This document shows, piece after piece, positions 1 to 11,730 of a DNA stretch of 64,000 nt. Position 1 is the first letter of the stretch, and each line of letters opens with the position of its first letter. A model generated the notes under the pieces. It was not told the origin of the DNA. It searched no databases and worked only from the letters and a program-made list of their open reading frames with translations. The position numbers and the translations under genes are program-made. Source of the DNA: Schmidtea polychroa (lineage: Eukaryota); NCBI GenBank assembly GCA_044892525.1, contig CM097888.1, positions 49,476,001-49,540,000 on the forward strand, read 5' to 3'.

Positions 1-1808
1 AAAAAATTTATGAAACACATTATTATCTCGAAATATAAAAACATGCGACAAAGAAAAAATTGCTTATATTAGATTTCTGATTTAAATACATTCATTCACA
101 TCAAAATAATAACATTTTTTCCTACTTTTGACGGTTGAAAATTAGTCGATTATGGCGTTGAAACAAAGAATCAGAATGCTAATTTTTCCTCAGACAGTCG
201 AGCACATACAGTTTTTATTCCTTCAGTTTTCTAAATAATTGAAATATTTCACTATATTGTACTTGGAATAAATTCTAAAACAGTATATTAAAATTATTAT
301 ATATTCGGTTGTTTACAGCTTGTTTTATCTATGACATAGTTTATGAACATCAGATACTAAAATTTAATAAAGAAAAGAGTTTTTTTCCAATTTCACCACT
401 GATTTTTTCCCCATTTTATTTATTAAAAAGAGCTTGAATACTATAATAAAGAAAATAAAATAACATATCAATGTATTTGATACTAATGTAAATAAATTCA
501 GATACAAAGACACCCATAAACTATAATTGACAATAAGTCGTTAGTTAGGTTATAAAACTTAACGAAAAACTAACATAGGCAACTGGCAAACCGCTTTACC
601 TAATCTATAGGAATTTTTATTAGCGTCACGAGGGTGCTGGCAAACCTTTTCACGTAGCCACGAGTTTGTGGCATTTATAATTAATTTTTGTTTTAGTACT
701 AGACGCTAAGCAACTTCTAACCAACATTTTGCCAGATAAGTAATCGACATCTTTTCGTGTGAAAATATAGGTTGGGGCCCCTAAGCAACTGCCTATTTTG
801 CTTATACTTAAATCTCGCCCTTACTATAACCTGTCAAAATAACGGTATTTTTCATGTTTATTTTTCTACTTTAGATAATTAGTTATTTTTATCTCCTAAC
901 AACGTATAAATCAAAACACAATTTATAATATTCAACATTTTTAAATAAATTAAAATAATCAATAATTAATTAGTATTCATTTTAAACTTTTAAATAGTGT
1001 TCTAGCGTTTTGACGTGGCCCGGACACAATTTTAAACATCAAATCAATAATTGTCTTTTTTAGAATTCATATTCGAATTAAGCATGTTTTTAATTTAAAA
1101 AATTGATTCTAAGTTTACTTGAATTGTAAAAACGAGTTATATTTATATAAATGAATTTATTGTGGCCCATGATAGTATTTTTCCGAAAATTTGGCCCTTC
1201 AATTGATTTGGGTTGGCCACCACTGTTCTACTCATACATTATTAGAAAATTGTTTCATTTTAATAATTTTCTTTTAAAATTGTTTGTTTTAAGTCTGATT
1301 TTTAAATCACTACAATTAAGTTTTAAAATTCGTTCTAAATCCTAAATAATAAAATAATCAATAAATTTTTAAGTACAGCAATTTGTAAATTTTTCTACTT
1401 ATAATAAATTATTTAAATATATACCTTTAGCAATTTTATTCAATCAATCAAATAAAACCAATTCATCAGTTGTATTTATGAAATTTTTAGAAAAATCAAT
1501 ATATTTCCAGGTGATTTTATTTGATTGTTTTTAGTTATTCACTCGTTCATAATAATATTACTGATATAACGTTTTATGACACAAAATAGCTAACACCAGG
1601 GTGGCCATGAGATATGGATTTTTTTTGTAATATACAGTCAGAATTTAAGGAATTTTCTGAATTCAATTATTAGAAAAGTAATTATCAAAACAGTCAAAGA
1701 AATAAAAACAATCCCAAGTAAACAAAATTAATTGGCAGGGAAAATATTAAAACAATGGGTTCTAAATTTAATGTTAATTTTATTTTATATATATAATATA
1801 TATATTAT

Positions 1809-2210
1809 ATATAACGGATATCACCGAATAGTATCAGTGATACTATAAAAATAATATCATCAAAAAAAAATATATTAGATATTAGAGTTAGTATAGTGAT
1901 ATTATTCAGTGCTTTGGTCATTTTAATAAAAAATAAGTTTAGATAATTATCAAAAATTTATTCATCATCATCATCCAAATACTCAACGTCCTCATAATTA
2001 TCATTTTCATCAAGTATAGACTCGTTATTTAATCGGGATTCGGTGTTTGAAGAAATCCACGCCTTACAGAACTCCACTCCATATACATCGTGTTTGGCAA
2101 TATGGTGATATTATTTAAATAGTATCACTAAATATAAATGAATTTAGTTATGGTGTAGTATTAATGATACTATTAGGTGTAGTGATACTATTTGGTAATA
2201 TACGTTATAT
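1809..2210. mobile_element. Non-autonomous TIR element (deletion derivative) retaining a short C-terminal coding fragment
   Basis: The left end ATATAACGGATATCACCGAATAGTATCA matches the reverse complement of the right end (GTGATACTATTTGGTAATATACGTTATAT) with a few mismatches. The GATACTA/TAGTATC motif repeats internally. The minus strand at ~1960-2100 reads AKHDVYGVEFCKAWISSNTESRLNNESILDENDNYEDVEYLDDDDE*. Superfamily not determined. Confidence 0.5.
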
Positions 2211-2220
2211 TATGTAGATA

Positions 2221-2410
2221 ATAAAAATATTTATTAATTTAACAAATAAAATATACAAAAAACATAAATAATAAAACATAAATAAACAACATAAATAATC
2301 ATTGACCCCATATGGGGGGACAAAATATCTTGTCAGATAATATTTTATGAAATACATTATTATTTATGTTTTTTGTATATTTTAATTGTTAAATTAATAA
2401 ATATTTTTAT
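2221..2410. repeat. Foldback inverted repeat (52-bp arms, 86-bp spacer)
   Basis: 2221-2272 is the reverse complement of 2359-2410 with one mismatch. Confidence 0.85.
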
Positions 2411-3902
2411 ATTATACTATATAATACTATATTATTATAATACAACTGTGAAATACATTTATTATTAATGTGGTGGATGAGCTTTTTTATCGATACACCG
2501 TTTTTGAAATTGTGGTGTTATAGACGAAATAGCTACTCGAAGTTCTTTTTCAACTACTAAACTGACTCATAAATAAAATATTAATAAATAAAATTTTAAA
2601 TGTCTTATTATAAAATTTTTGCGACATCTCCAGAATTATTTCGTGTCACCTAGTTTGGAAACCTCTTTATTAGAGAGAATTGCAGAAATTAAGGTGTTTT
2701 GACGAAATTTAGAAAGTTTTAGTTTACAGTTAAAAAGTCAAACAAATTGCAAACGAATACGTGTCTGTCATTTTTCGATTAAGATGATCCGAAATAGATG
2801 TTATTTATTTGTGTTATAAATTTGAACTTGATCTCGAGTGACACCTACGAATCTTTGATTTAGATATTTTATAAAACTTTTAAATGTATATAAAATATAA
2901 AGTTTAATATATTGTTGGGGTGATTTATCGTCATTCAAGAACACTAGGAGCCAGAAAAGAATTATGTAATCGTTAAAACAATTTCAATTTTTTTTATTTG
3001 AACATAGCTGTTCCAATATACGATTATTACGAATATCGGTTAATCTTTTTTCTGTAATATTTAAAGTAATATTATTGTCTGAAGATTCCGAGTTATATGA
3101 TTCAAATGATTTCGAATCAAAGATCATAATTGAAATCATTCATTGTACTTTTGCATCATTTACATGCCTCAAAACACAAACTGTAATGTTTTTCTTTTTT
3201 AAAATGGTCGGTTTTACATTATGATTTACATTATAGACTTTCTAAAATTTTTTGAACGAACCGTTGTCAGGAATGAATTAAGTTCGTAATTTGTCATTGC
3301 AATGTAACCTGCGAAACCCCTGCGATATACTAATTTTAAAAAAATGTTTATTTAATTTTATTTTCAAATGACATGAAAAATGTAGAATATGAAAGTATTA
3401 AAAGGATATAATGTAACCATGTAATGTCCATCTAAGTATGTCGTGGTCTTTGTATTTATTGCATTGTAGTATGATTTTTATTTAGATTTTTGACGGGGAA
3501 CTCAATAAATCATTTTCTATACCTATTTCTTTAAGTATCGATAAAGAGCCTGTGAATTCGGTATTCATTTCCCACGAAACTGGTAATACAAATTTAATTT
3601 ATTTTGAATGAAAAGTACATAGTTTTTTTATTAACAATGCATAAGTTCATTAAATATCAAATATCTGATTTTGAATGATAATTATGCACCTAACCTTTTA
3701 ACAATGTAGCTTTTTATGACAGAATGAAATTTTTTTTTAAAAAAATGTAAGTAATGAAACCAAATGAAATCAAAGATATAAGAAACTAGGACGTTATGAA
3801 AGATTTTTGAAAGAAACACTTATGAACATCACTGCAAGAGGACAGCTAAATGTTATGCACAATGCTCAAAGAATAACATGCTTATAAAGAAGATAGACAA
3901 TT

Positions 3903-6900
3903 CTGCCCTCCTTATCAAATAGACCGTAACTGCAAAAAATACACTTAGGAGATAAATAACAAAACGTGTTTTCAATTCTGCCAACCAGTTAACCTAAACC
4001 AATCATCCATTTATATTTGTTTGCATCTAGGCCTAGTGATGCAGTTTAAAATGCAGTTAGCAAATTCTGACTTAATTGGCTTAATTGGTTAATATTGCAG
4101 ATACGGTCTATTAGCTAATAATGGTATAGCATACTGGCTATGGATTTACTTAGCAATAAAGCAGTAACTGACAATGAATCACACATTTACACTAAAACTC
4201 ATTTAATAACAAAACAGAAATACAGAATACACAGAAATACTGCTTGTATAGTTTCAAAACATTATCAAACAAAAGCATAAAAGCTTAAGAAACAGGTAAG
4301 AAAGTTCCTGCAAGGTCTGCAATAATTGGCGCTGATGACTATTTATAACTAAGTAATGATTGCACGGAATAATACTGTTAACGAAAAAATACCCGAGTAT
4401 TATTACCCAAGAATGACTGACTTCAAATCAAGAGTCCTGACGATTGCTACATAACTTTGCCTAAAGTACAATACTGACATACCGTTCTCATAAAATATTA
4501 CATGAAGTTAAAATGCAACAATGTACAGCACAAAACAAAACGAAAAACGTGGTTCACAGTCTGCACAGCATTCTTGCCTAGCGATAACAGACAACGTTCA
4601 AGTATTAAAATGGCGATAACTGGCATCAACACCCAAATAGAATAGTTGACAATAAACAGCGTCAACTGACAATGTTGAAATGCTAAAAGTGATTTATAGC
4701 TAACGACAAGGGTAAAATAAACCAGCTGACAATAAACAATAACAGAACTGCATGCAGTTACCACAAAAATGAAATCCACTGACAAAAGCAAACTATAATA
4801 ATATAACACAGAAAAATGCATGCAGGAAACAATGTCATTCAGCAACTACCAAGTCGGGAACATTTGCGACAGGTAAATCCTGCCAAAACTTCAGTCGAGT
4901 GTTGACCATCAAACCACCAAGTTTGTTGAGTATGTCATCCTTTTTAGCCTGAGGGACACCCCTGGCTTGCGATCTACATGGAGGCTTGGTAACACCACCT
5001 TTCAAGCATGCAGCTGTCAAGAAATTCAGCTGTTTATCCTCATCATTAAATGCCGTTTTATAGGCAAGACTCCTGCTGCCGCGAGTTGCAGTCACCATTA
5101 CCATATCACTCAGGTAAGGTCTCGGAGTGGTACGGTTAATTTTATAAGTAGATGATGCATCTGGCCAGTCAAAGAAATTAGAAATTTGCATTTCCTTCAC
5201 AGAAGTTTTACTATTTGCGTCCTGAACGCAACAGACAAAGTCGTTAAAATCATACACTTTTCCAGCCTTTTTCATACTCTGCTCAACCTGGTGATGAAAG
5301 TTATCGGCGCTCATAAACGTGTGGCCTGATTCAAAAAATTTTAGCTCAATTCTGTGAGCAGAAATTTCCGCACTGTTAACAAGATAGACAAGGTAAGAGA
5401 ATAAAGTCCAGTTTTTGTTCTGGCTGGCACAGTTGTCCAACCACAATGTAATTTCTTCAGCATCTCGCTGCGTCAAAAAGAATGCATGAAACGCACTTAC
5501 TAGATCTTCCTTTTTACGGCCTGCGACAGCCTCGTGCCACAACACAGCAACTGACTTAACAACTGGTTTGTCACCGAGTGGAACAAAACTTTCATTGAAC
5601 GCAATTATACGCCGAGTGAAAAGTACAGTTTTAAATGATTCCATGCGTGGCAGCATAATGACCTTTTGTAAGTCAGCCGAAAAAAATACATGTTTTGAGT
5701 CATTAGTCGTTGGTGTAGTACGGTCAGCTCTATATGCCTGCCTACTGTCATCAGCCCTCTTGATGTGAGTTTTCCACTTTGTACACATTTCACAACTTAA
5801 ATCCAAATTATCTTTGGTGTGGTTATTAGAATGAATGTTGAAACTTTCACAAACTTCACACTCTTCATGGCCTAATTTGGCAAACGAAATATCCATACTT
5901 TTAACTTCACTGCGATAAACCTCGTATGAACAATGTATGCCAGGATTTTTCTGCAGGAAATCCCGGTGCATACAACCAACAGTTATGTCAGAGGGCAAGT
6001 ATCGTTTGTTAGGTGCATGCTCACGACGATAATGTGAAACACATGGACCAAAGGATTCAACATGGGCACGTATTGCAATGCGGTCAAATTTCTTATGAAG
6101 GCCAGAACCTCGGCCATCTCGCTTCGGGACAGCAGAGCCTGGACTGAGTGAATGCAATGCTTTCTGCACAACCGAGTCATTGTTCCCAGCAAAACCCAGA
6201 GTGGTAAGATAGAACAGTTTGCAAACTGAAACCTCTTCACCCTTATCGTTACGCATGAAGTAATGAAACGTATTAGAACGTTTTGATTCACCTGGTGTCG
6301 TTTTGCGATCAACAGAATGGCGCTTGACGCCAGAACAAATAAATAAACGTCTTTCAAACCAGGTTAAGCTCCAAAAATCTGCATTCAGCTTTATGCGCTG
6401 AGCCTCATCAATTTTCGAGCAACATTTACGCTTGCAATTATCAAAGCATGGCACACGAATGGCGTGGGTTTCTACCATGTTCTCATGTTGTGCTTTCTTG
6501 CGCGATTTCGGAGACATCGTGTGACGTTTTCTCTTGCTCAGTCCGGTTTTTGGTAGAGGTTGAGCATGACCAGGAACACAAGATCCGGTTATTGGAGACA
6601 TTCTGGTAACAGTATCAGTATTGTCAAAAATGGGTGCTTCGGCAGATTCTGGATTAACTGCAGCATCACCAGCCTCGGGAGTTTCAACGTTCATCAAATC
6701 TGACACTGCTATGTCGCAGTAGAAATCATACGATGCAGTGTCATCTGTCAATCAATCAAAAAAATCAACAAATAAATTAGTTTGTCTTTAAGTAGGATAT
6801 TAATTTATAATCACTTTTATAATAATTTATAATATTCGTAAAGTTTATTATATACACAAAACCAAAGAGGAAATGCAATTCTGCGCATGCGCGTAAGCCA

Positions 6901-7147
6901 CCGTATCTGCAGCCACAATTTCCAATACCAACCAATCGAACCGTAACTGCTGTACGGTTTTATTGCTAAGCATACCACCGCCATGAGCAGATACGGTCGA
7001 TGTAAGTAATCAAATTTCTAAGGCCTCGGACTAGATAAGGTCTTATCGCTAAGCAGAATGAAGGTTAATTGCAACTGCATACAGTTGACGCCTCTAACTC
7101 GATTTTTGTAGTTTTGTCAGTTACGGTCTATTTGATAAGGAGGGCAG
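3903..7147 (-). mobile_element. Full-length Sola1-type DNA transposon (3245 bp)
   Basis: Perfect 30-bp TIRs CTGCCCTCCTTATCAAATAGACCGTAACTG (3903-3932; reverse complement 7118-7147). AATT flanks both ends (3899-3902, 7148-7151), matching the AWWT target of Sola1. It contains one long transposase ORF and is GC-richer than its flanks. Confidence 0.88.
4835..6751 (-). CDS. Sola1-type DDD transposase
   Basis: Uninterrupted 638-codon frame with motifs SADLQKVIMLP, WHEAVAGR, LWLDNCASQNKN and KFFESGHTFMSADNFH (three catalytic Asp), plus upstream Cys/His clusters (CFDNCKRKCC; CEVC...CEMC...H). The track start at 6751 is TTG. The first in-frame ATG is at 6694 (MNVETPEAG). A T-rich ACAG acceptor-like site near 6744 leaves open an upstream exon. 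Confidence 0.9.
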   Translation of the reverse strand: MTDDTASYDFYCDIAVSDLMNVETPEAGDAAVNPESAEAPIFDNTDTVTRMSPITGSCVPGHAQPLPKTGLSKRKRHTMSPKSRKKAQHENMVETHAIRVPCFDNCKRKCCSKIDEAQRIKLNADFWSLTWFERRLFICSGVKRHSVDRKTTPGESKRSNTFHYFMRNDKGEEVSVCKLFYLTTLGFAGNNDSVVQKALHSLSPGSAVPKRDGRGSGLHKKFDRIAIRAHVESFGPCVSHYRREHAPNKRYLPSDITVGCMHRDFLQKNPGIHCSYEVYRSEVKSMDISFAKLGHEECEVCESFNIHSNNHTKDNLDLSCEMCTKWKTHIKRADDSRQAYRADRTTPTTNDSKHVFFSADLQKVIMLPRMESFKTVLFTRRIIAFNESFVPLGDKPVVKSVAVLWHEAVAGRKKEDLVSAFHAFFLTQRDAEEITLWLDNCASQNKNWTLFSYLVYLVNSAEISAHRIELKFFESGHTFMSADNFHHQVEQSMKKAGKVYDFNDFVCCVQDANSKTSVKEMQISNFFDWPDASSTYKINRTTPRPYLSDMVMVTATRGSRSLAYKTAFNDEDKQLNFLTAACLKGGVTKPPCRSQARGVPQAKKDDILNKLGGLMVNTRLKFWQDLPVANVPDLVVAE

Positions 7148-7949
7148 AATTACTCTGACAATTAACACAATTTAGAAAATAGATAAAATGTTCTTGAGAA
7201 ATTTATTGTGACAAAGTAAAAAAAACAACACCGGATATAAATATTTCATTTCGTCAGCGGAGTCGGGGGGAAAAAGAAATAAAAGAAGACATGTACTAGA
7301 GAAAGTATGTAATAAAAATGAAGTGAATATAGAAACTTTTAGGTTTTTATTTTTCGCCTATATTCGCCTATAATCGCCAAATGCATTAGGAAATTAATTT
7401 TCAAAATGGAAGAGTATTGTGATGTTTTTTTATAAATATTGAAAATCTAACTGTCATAGAAATTAGCAATGTTAATTTACCAAAGAAATATGTTTCATAA
7501 GTTATACTTTTACACAATAAATATCTGTTTTTCATTTCATTAAAACTTTTTATTATTATTTAGACATGATATATAAGGAGAACCAATTACAATATAACTG
7601 GTGCAGTTTTAATTTGGATGAATTTAGAAGCAATTATTACCGTTGGTTTATATTATTTTTTTTAAAAAATAATTTGTTAAATATAAATACGCAATCTAAT
7701 ATGACTGATTAGTAGAGATAAAAATTGTTTACCGCACGGGGCTTTAATTCTCTAATAATATATCCGAGGAGCAATGTTTATTGTATCTTTGATTAATGAA
7801 CACGGGGGGATTTAAAAAAGAACTTTGTTTAAACTTTAAGCTCATCATCTGGCATTCTCGAATTCGATGTCTATACAGATTCGGGAATTAGTCAATGAAA
7901 TGATACTGATTTAATGTCCCAAAAGTTAAATGGAATAAGTACATTGGCT

Positions 7950-8640
7950 AGACAATTGTTGAAGTTTTCTATTATTTCTGAAGTTGCGGAGCACATAGGT
8001 TACGTAGAGCTTGAAAACAATCTCCCAAATCAATGTATCTCGAGTTCTCGATTTCATTACCGCCTGCCTTTATCACTTCCGGCTTCAGTACCCTTTTTGC
8101 GATCGAGCACATAACTTGTTAACGTATGATGCAATGGAATTATGCCAATCTGGCTTCAGTGTCGGTTTCCTGCAGTTGAGAAAGTAATCTGGCTGCAACA
8201 CCTCTTCTATGTCGTGTCATACATGCAGCTCCATTTGTCACCAAAAGTATTATGTTATCAAAAGAAAGATTGTATTACATCATAACTTTCTCTATTTTAC
8301 CCATTATATCCTTCTCTGCGGTGGTACCATGCATTGCTATCAACTCTAATAACTCTAATAACTCTTCTAGAAACACTCAATAGTAGCTGACTTTTTCAAC
8401 TGCTCTCTCAGATTTTGTGCAATGTCATCGACTCCATCTGCAACCGTATTTCTTGTTAATGCTATCTTTTTGAAATAATTCACTTTGTCAGGACGTACAA
8501 ATTCGGCATTCGTAATCAAGCACCTTTTAATAAGATCGCCTTCAGAGTAGGTTTTATTTCATCTCTAATTGCTTCTGCATATGTATCATATGTTGCCCTG
8601 TCCATCGCATAATGTCACTTGAGTTTGTGCTCCTTGTATA
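7950..8640 (-). pseudogene. Decayed hAT (Buster/Charlie, GTF2IRD2-like) transposase fragment
   Basis: Manual translation of the minus strand gives YSEGDLIKRCLITNAEFVRPDKVNYFKKIALTRNTVADGVDDIAQNLREQLK, then MHGTT, LLVTNGAACM and FHCII, with stops, frameshifts and internal deletions. Confidence 0.72.
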
Positions 8641-8743
8641 CTGCGATATTATATCCGCTACAGCAATGCGTATATTTGTGTAACTGATCACTATTAAAAT
8701 AACTAATGCTAGCTAATTTTATAATTAATTTCATTGAATATGC

Positions 8744-9121
8744 CAGTGGTTCTCAATTAATATAAAAGCGCGGAACACCATTCACATGATTTTTTTTACG
8801 CGGAACGCTGACAAAAAATACTTGCCCACAATGAGTGACCAATCATAAATTACTATAAATCTGTCGTAAACGTAAACAATGCCTTCTTATAAGCAAAGAA
8901 AATACCACGCGCAACAATAACAAGCAATAAAAACACTTTTACATTTGTATGTTTGTGTAACGGCTTTCTTACTGAATCATCTTATAAAAAATTAATTAAG
9001 GTTTTTGATGATATGTATCTTAAATGCAAATCTAAAGATAAAATGTCATTTTTTTCGCGGAACACTGGAAGCGTAATCGGGGAACACTGATGTTCCGCGG
9101 AACACGGGTTGAGAACCACTG
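8744..9121. mobile_element. hAT (Buster/Charlie-type) MITE, 378 bp
   Basis: TIRs CAGTGGTTCTCAA / TTGAGAACCACTG; perfect 8-bp TSD GAATATGC (8736-8743, 9122-9129); subterminal (C)GGAACAC repeats. Confidence 0.93.
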
Positions 9122-10090
9122 GAATATGCAGTCAGTGACGAATTAGAGGTATCAAATTTTTAAAATTGGTTCTCATAAAAAATCACTAGCGAGTCGCGTT
9201 TGACATATCTATTCTATGGTAACTTTATTAAATACTGTTGTAATTTATATCACCAAAATACTGAAGCCTACATTCTGAATGAATTGTGTATTATTTCAAC
9301 TGAGATCACCCGATCAAATATGATTATAACAACACATTTTTAAATGAAAATCTTACAATGTAAGGTTAAATTAAAGTATTAGACTTTAGAATATTTATCG
9401 AATTATTTATACAATAGCAACCAATCAGAAACTAAATATACAAATTTTGAAACAAACATCACAATCAATTGTAATATTTCTAAAATTTTCGTTACAAAAT
9501 AATCGATATAATTATAAAATAGAAATAAATTCCAAAAAATTAGTCAATAATTCAAGCTGAAATAAGATGATATTATCGAAATTTTCTGGTTGAAATTATT
9601 TTAATATTCATAAATACTTCCTGACACCCTCTGCTAGTCGATAAATTTCCTATGTTAATTTTCTAAATTTCTGCCAAATAAATATTCTAGAAATCATGCG
9701 CATTAAATTTTCATTCATTGATTTAATTTTGTTCCCAATCTACATTGAAGAATTCTCTGTCTGAATAAATGGGTTCTAGTAAATAGATTTAGGAATTTAT
9801 ATTTACATGTTAATGTATCAAGTGAACATATGAAATATCAAAATAATTGTGAATCCTGTGGATTACGTAAGAATTGTAAGAATACACTCCGTGTAGCAAT
9901 TAGGATGCGTTCCTAGACGATAAAGCGATAAATGTTATAGCGTTAAACGAAGTCATTTTAACACAATAAATATGGAAATAAAATAATTTTAAGTTATTTT
10001 AAAATTTATTTGTTGTATATGTTACATAATACAAACATAGGGACACAGAAATAGGAAGTTGTTTGTAATGAAGGTTTCGATAAAGTTAAT

Positions 10091-10712
10091 AAACCAAATC
10101 ACTCATTGAGGTAGGATTCAAAAGGATAAATTTTTATAATGAATTATGTCATATGATGAATTAATTTTCCACATTTTTCTTGCACCATCTCATAAATTTC
10201 ATTATACATGTTTATTGATCTTCAACATTTTATGTACTTTATCTTTGTTTCATTTGGTATGTCAATAATAGAGCAATCCAATGCAATATTTTATAATTAA
10301 TAAAAGCAAATTTGTATAAAATAAATGCAATTATTGAAATATTAGTATTTCGATAATTCTATCTAAAAATTCATTAAAAAATTATATTTTTTATATGAAT
10401 AATTCTATTTTTAATTTTGGATAATTTGCTTTCGTTTTAAATTTGCCTATAGATATCGAAATATAAAATACTGATAAATAAAGCTTACATAACCTTGTTG
10501 TTCTTATTTTAAACTGTTGGTATACTGTTTCGTTTCTGTTCGTTAGTACTTAGTACTTATAATAAATCCATAATTTTTCGAAGTTCAAAGGAACTCAGAG
10601 TCAAGAAACCAAATCACTCATTGAGGTAGGATTCAAATGGATAAATTTTTATAATGAATTATGTCATATGATGAATTAATTTTCTAAATTTTTCTTGTAC
10701 CATCTCATAAAT
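10091..10712 (+). repeat. Local direct duplication of 107 bp (10091-10197 and 10606-10712)
   Basis: Both copies read AAACCAAATCACTCATTGAGGTAGGATTCAAA...CCATCTCATAAAT and differ by only a few substitutions. Confidence 0.9.
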
Positions 10713-11502
10713 AATTCGCTTTTAAATATGATAATATATTTAGGTAAGTGTCGGAAATTTAAAATGGGTAATGTTTTCAATAATGAATTGAAGAGTAAAT
10801 TCGCATCATTAAAAAATCCAGAAATCAATAATTTTGTAATTTTTTATTAAATTTTTCTAAATATTATTTTAAAAAATTTTAGAAATCTAAAACTTTTATT
10901 GGTAAGACTTATTTAATTATATTTATTAATATTATTAAAAGTTAGATACGCAAAATATAATTTTATAATCATTGTAAACTACTATAATTTCTATTATCAT
11001 TACTATTTTTTCAGAGAAAGTATTATTTTATTAAATCTGCTAATTCCTGATTGTCAATTTTGAATAAATAAAATAAAATAATAATACAAAACACTAATTT
11101 GACACCAATGTATCGACATGAAAAGATAGATTTTTAAATTTTGTAAAAATTTTGATTATTTTAATAATAAAAAACAGGTGAAAATGGTTAAATTAATAAG
11201 AATAATATTGTTAGGCAAAAACTTCATTTGTTAAGAATAGAAAGGGATTCTGGGAAAGAATGTGTTTATTAAATAATATGCAAAACCAAGTAAAGTTAAC
11301 ATCAAACATGCTAAAATATCAATTAAACAAAGTAAAATGAGGAAAATGAACACCAAAATAATAAACATAAAAGTATAAAAAAGAAATGTATTTTTTAAAT
11401 AATTATAATATCAAATAGGAAGATAAAAGCAATATAATTTAAATGAATTTTACTGGATAAATAAAAGAAAAATCACGAAATTTATCATGGAGTCGTAATT
11501 AA

Positions 11503-11730
11503 CCACTTCACGCTCGCGCCAGCGTTCGCACCGGTGCGGCTGAATAGAATATCACGCTCAACTGATATTTATGGTACAGCTCAATCAAACCGACAAGAAA
11601 TGCCAACCCAATTAAAAAAATAAATTGCTGGCTGGTTAAGGGTGAATCGTGGCGTATAAAAATGGAAAAATGATGGTTTTTACAATGGATGGATAATAGG
11701 CCGGTAACAGTATTATTATTGGTTTATAAC
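11503..11730 (+). mobile_element. Possible piggyBac remnant (left end and short transposase fragment)
   Basis: TTAA followed by CC at 11499-11504. A downstream frame reads WMDNRPVTVL, resembling the piggyBac W-x-D-x-x-x-V-x-h-h motif. No convincing right end found. Confidence 0.3.

Noticed and set aside
4498-4845. 115-aa ORF downstream of the transposase
   Set aside because: Hydrophobic, low-information translation of T-rich 3' element sequence with no motif.
4967-6357. Short ORFs overlapping the transposase (4967, 5568, 5605, 5983)
   Set aside because: Antisense or alternative-frame shadows of the long ORF.
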